DNA from: a gamma proteobacterium SCGC AAA168-P09
Lineage (GTDB): Bacteria; Pseudomonadota; Gammaproteobacteria; Magnimaribacterales; D2472
DNA length: 64,000 nucleotides
NCBI GenBank assembly: GCA_000385055.1
Contig: ARRL01000003.1
Location: forward strand, 59,460-123,459
Reading direction: 5' to 3'
In this document: positions 61,020 through 64,000 of the stretch, one piece after another
Layout: each line of letters opens with the position of its first letter
Position numbering within the stretch: the stretch's first letter is position 1
The notes under the pieces: model-generated
The model's input: the letters and a program-made list of their open reading frames with translations, nothing else
Told to the model about the DNA's origin: nothing
Database searches by the model: none
Position numbers and translations under genes: made by a program

Positions 61020-61487
61020 ATGTCTAAGGATAAACCAAATATCATTGTAAAGAATAAAACTGCATCAAGGAACTTTATTCTTGGGGAAACTTTTCAGGCC
61101 GGAATAGTTCTTGAGGGCTGGGAAGTAAAATCTCTTAGAAATAGTAAAATAGATGTTAAAAATAGCTATGTAACTTTCAAAAATAATGAAGCTTGGTTAT
61201 TTGGTATAAAAATAGACCCTCCAGCATCCCTAAAAGATTTCAATGTTGACCCCCTTAGAACAAGAAAACTCTTATTAAAAAAAAGAGAGATTGCAGAACT
61301 GCAAAAACTTAAAAATGAAAAAAGCCTTACAGTAATAATGACATTAATGTATTGGAAAGAAAATCATATAAAATGTGATATTGCTGCTGGAAAAGGTAAG
61401 AAAGTGCGCGATCAGCGCCAAGATATTAAAAAGAGAGATTGGGAACGAGATCAAGGAAGAATCCTCAAAAATACAAATAAAAGATAA
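61020..61487 (+). CDS. smpB: SsrA-binding protein SmpB
   Basis: 155 aa. It has KNKTASRNFILGETFQAGIVLEGWEVKSLR and a basic C-terminal tail. It lies directly upstream of ssrA. Confidence 0.96.
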   Translation: MSKDKPNIIVKNKTASRNFILGETFQAGIVLEGWEVKSLRNSKIDVKNSYVTFKNNEAWLFGIKIDPPASLKDFNVDPLRTRKLLLKKREIAELQKLKNEKSLTVIMTLMYWKENHIKCDIAAGKGKKVRDQRQDIKKRDWERDQGRILKNTNKR

Positions 61488-61513
61488 TAATAATGTATAA
61501 TTTTGCTCCCAAT

Positions 61514-61862
61514 GGGGGCGAACAGGGTTCGACATTTCTACTGGACTCCGAAGCGCATGCCAAGATTGTGGTAATTCTTGTAAAACATACTACAAAAAAT
61601 TTAGTTGCAAATAACGACAACTACGCTTTAGCAGCTTAATGCTAACCGATGCCAGAATTGACTATGGTTTGAAGCATCGGCAAATCACATAGTCTAGCCA
61701 AGCTGTGTTGCTTGGACACAGTTTGGTTAAACTTAATCGAGCTCGCTTTTTCACCCTGCTCCTCGGGTCGAAAAAGTTAAAAAGCCAATAGGGTGAGCTA
61801 TGCATGTAGAAGTTAGGCTGAAGGATTAATGGACGCGGGTTCAATTCCCGCCGCCTCCACCA
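61514..61862 (+). ncRNA. ssrA: transfer-messenger RNA (tmRNA, one-piece)
   Basis: The 5' GGGGGCG pairs with the 3' CGCCUCC-ACCA, giving an acceptor stem with the G3:U70 alanine identity pair. A T-arm GGUUCAAUUCC is present. The internal tag frame GCA AAT AAC GAC AAC TAC GCT TTA GCA GCT TAA (61607-61639) encodes ANNDNYALAA. Confidence 0.95.
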
Positions 61863-61970
61863 TTACCTTGAAACTTAGTTTTTTTAATTTATTTAAGCTT
61901 GCTATGCCTTAATGTTGCAAAGATTCTTCTTATAATATATCTTAATTTTGAAATAATTATAAAAATAACT

Positions 61971-62483
61971 ATGCGAATCATTAATACATATATAACACTC
62001 TTTACGATGGTTATATTTGCTACAAATATTTCTGCTTTTAGTGACGATCAACAAAGCTATTGTTTTTCAATAGATCCGAAGTTAGGCGACTCAGCATACT
62101 GGGCTTCTGCTGGAATTAATTTTTATAATTCAGGCCAACTCAAAAAAGCAATTAGTGTTGTTGATAATTGTTTTGAATATTATGCTGAAGATGCCCTATA
62201 TCAACAAAACCAATTAAAAAAGGCAAAGACTCCACCACCTCCTATCGGAAGAGTTGATTTTAGGGAAAAAGAAAAAATCTTTGCAAATTATGCAGTAAAT
62301 GATGTTTCGATGGCTTTATGGACTAAAGCTGTTTCAGCAGAAAAGCTTGGTGAAATTGATATAGCAATGGATGCATATGCTAAATGCATATATTTAGATT
62401 ATGGCAGAGCATGGGACCCTAATGGATGGTTCTGGAACCCATCTGAAGATTGTGCAAAAAGAGGCAAAAGACTGATTAAATAA
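61971..62483 (+). CDS. hypothetical secreted protein (signal peptide, 4 Cys, TPR-like helices)
   Basis: The ATG at 61971 gives MRIINTYITLFTMVIFATNISA|FSDD, a typical Sec signal. The ORF-track start at 61899 adds 24 residues of low plausibility. No family was recognised. Confidence 0.6.
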   Translation: MRIINTYITLFTMVIFATNISAFSDDQQSYCFSIDPKLGDSAYWASAGINFYNSGQLKKAISVVDNCFEYYAEDALYQQNQLKKAKTPPPPIGRVDFREKEKIFANYAVNDVSMALWTKAVSAEKLGEIDIAMDAYAKCIYLDYGRAWDPNGWFWNPSEDCAKRGKRLIK

Positions 62484-62551
62484 TTCTGTCTCAATATAGA
62501 CATATGCTAATTTCATCTTTAAACTACGTTCCTAATTTTTAAATATTTAAT

Positions 62552-62815
62552 ATGGCTAATTCAAAACAAGCAATAAAAAGAGCAAAACAAAATGCAGAAA
62601 CTTACAAGTTAAGACATGCTCAAAGATCAATGGTAAGAACTGCTGTCAAAGCTGTTCGTGCAAGTATTGAAGCTAAAGATCCCGTAAAAGCTAAAGAAAT
62701 GCTAAATAATGCTGAAAAGGTTCTTGATTCATCAGCGTCAAAAAAAGTAATTCATAAGAATGCTGCTGCTAGAACAAAAAGCAGACTCTCTAAAGCTGTT
62801 AAAGCTTTAAGCTAA
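62552..62815 (+). CDS. rpsT: 30S ribosomal protein S20
   Basis: 87 aa. MANSKQAIKRAKQNAE..RHAQRS.. is typical of S20. Confidence 0.95.
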   Translation: MANSKQAIKRAKQNAETYKLRHAQRSMVRTAVKAVRASIEAKDPVKAKEMLNNAEKVLDSSASKKVIHKNAAARTKSRLSKAVKALS

Positions 62816-63829
62816 ATCCGATTTATATTGTGATATAACTTCTTCAAGGGATTGAAGAAGCTTTTGTGTACCCTCACCGGTTGCTGCTGATATGAAAAAT
62901 ATATCTTGCTCAGAGATTTCTAATGTATCTTGTATATACTTTGAATGAACCTCTAATTCATCTGAATCTATTAAATCTATTTTGTTGCATACTACCCATG
63001 AAACTTTTTGAGTAAGGTCATCTTTATAAGCACTTAATTCATTTTTTAATAGCTGTATTTGCTTTACAGGATCTAAGTTATCTGAAGAGAAAAGATCTAC
63101 AAAAATAAGTAGAAGGCCTGTCCTTGATATATGTTGCAGGAATTTAATACCCAATCCAGCCCCCTCTGAAGCACCCTCAATTAAACCAGGTATATCAGCT
63201 ATAACAAAACTTGAATCACTGCCCTGTATGGTGCCTAAATGTGGTCTTAAAGTGGTAAACGGATAGCTTCCTATTTTAGGTTTAGCCGATGAAACCTTAT
63301 TTAAAAAAGTTGATTTACCTGCATTTGGAAATCCAACTAATCCTACATCAGCTAGAGATTTTAGTTCAAGCCTAATAAAACGAATTTCTCCTTCAAATCC
63401 CAGTGTAAATTTTCTTGGTGCTTGATTTGTACTTGATTTAAAACGAGCATTTCCCTGGCCACCGTCTCCGCCTTTTGCAATTACATATGTTGTATTTGCA
63501 TCACAACAATCTAATAACTCATCATTGGAAATGTCATCATATACTACCGTGCCTTTAGGAATATCTAATATTAAATCTTCCGCAGCTGATCCTGATTTAT
63601 TTTTACCAGAACCAGATCTGCCATTTTTAGCAATAAATACTCTTTTATTTTGGAAATCAATGAGAGTGTTTTTATTTTGATTAACTCTAAAGATTATGTC
63701 TCCGCCTTTTCCTCCATCGCCTCCGTCAGGACCGCCAAAAGGTATAAACTTTTCACGACGAAAACTAGATGCTCCAGCACCACCGTTCCCCGCCCTAACT
63801 TCGAGAAAGGCCTCGTCGATGAAATTCAT
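62807..63829 (-). CDS. obg: GTPase Obg/CgtA
   Basis: 340 aa. It has the Obg fold N-terminus MNFIDEAFLEVRAGNGGAGASSFRREKF..GGDGGKGG and the G-domain motifs GFPNAGKST, DIPGLIEGA and NKID. Confidence 0.96.
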   Translation of the reverse strand: MNFIDEAFLEVRAGNGGAGASSFRREKFIPFGGPDGGDGGKGGDIIFRVNQNKNTLIDFQNKRVFIAKNGRSGSGKNKSGSAAEDLILDIPKGTVVYDDISNDELLDCCDANTTYVIAKGGDGGQGNARFKSSTNQAPRKFTLGFEGEIRFIRLELKSLADVGLVGFPNAGKSTFLNKVSSAKPKIGSYPFTTLRPHLGTIQGSDSSFVIADIPGLIEGASEGAGLGIKFLQHISRTGLLLIFVDLFSSDNLDPVKQIQLLKNELSAYKDDLTQKVSWVVCNKIDLIDSDELEVHSKYIQDTLEISEQDIFFISAATGEGTQKLLQSLEEVISQYKSDLA

Positions 63830-63846
63830 GATATAGAAAAATGTTA

Positions 63847-64000
63847 TTAAGAAATAACGTTTGCAGTTTTTCTGCTTTTAGGACCTTTGTATGTAAACTG
63901 AACAACACCAGCAGCTTTAGCAAAAAGAGTATCATCCTTTCCTTTACCAACATTGATACCAGGATGTGTATTTGTTCCTCTTTGACGAATCAAAATCTCG
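63847..64000 (-). CDS. rpmA: 50S ribosomal protein L27, C-terminal part (5' end outside window)
   Basis: The reverse translation gives ..[50 protein letters not shown]. This matches the L27 core RQRGT..HPG.NVG.G.D.TLFA. It lies upstream of obg as usual. Confidence 0.9.
   Translation of the reverse strand, partial: EILIRQRGTNTHPGINVGKGKDDTLFAKAAGVVQFTYKGPKSRKTANVIS

Noticed and set aside
61662-61844. 60-aa minus-strand ORF between smpB and the hypothetical gene.
   Set aside because: It lies entirely within the tmRNA gene (61514-61862) on the opposite strand, so it is a spurious ORF.
61863-62551. Genomic island integrated at the 3' end of ssrA.
   Set aside because: No integrase is present, no direct repeat of the tmRNA 3' end is visible downstream, and only one small gene lies before the core gene rpsT.

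Overview
This window is a visibly AT-rich (GC not computed), very gene-dense stretch of a streamlined gammaproteobacterial chromosome. Almost every base is coding. Gene order follows the E. coli / Pseudomonas core clusters. On the minus strand these are (rpsO)-truB-rbfA-infB-nusA-rimP-tRNA-fMet, secG-tpiA-glmM-ftsH-rlmE-greA-carB-carA, tilS-accA-dnaE-rnhB-lpxB-lpxA-fabZ-lpxD-skp-bamA-rseP-dxr-cdsA-uppS-frr-pyrH-tsf-rpsB, and dapB-dnaJ-dnaK-grpE-fur. On the plus strand these are map-glnD-dapD-dapE, pepA-valS, leuA, bamE, smpB-ssrA and rpsT. RNA genes are an initiator tRNA-Met, tRNA-Leu(GAG) and a one-piece tmRNA with tag ANNDNYALAA. I see no mobile elements, CRISPR arrays, defence islands or any other multi-gene accessory system, and I cannot support a claim of a novel system here. 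The points most worth a second look are single-gene anomalies. (1) tilS is split exactly at an A8 homopolymer. (2) ValRS ends about 200 aa early and lacks the C-terminal coiled-coil region. (3) Ribosomal protein S2 carries a C-terminal acidic extension encoded by four near-identical 30-bp tandem repeats. (4) There is a candidate rpsB leader hairpin/pseudoknot next to a reassigned TTG start. (5) A sigma32-type promoter lies upstream of grpE-dnaK-dnaJ. (6) Genes are missing from conserved positions (folP, holC, recN). (7) Extreme compaction includes three TTAA stop-stop overlaps between convergent genes. All identifications rest on reading the translated ORFs and motifs by eye. No database search was run.
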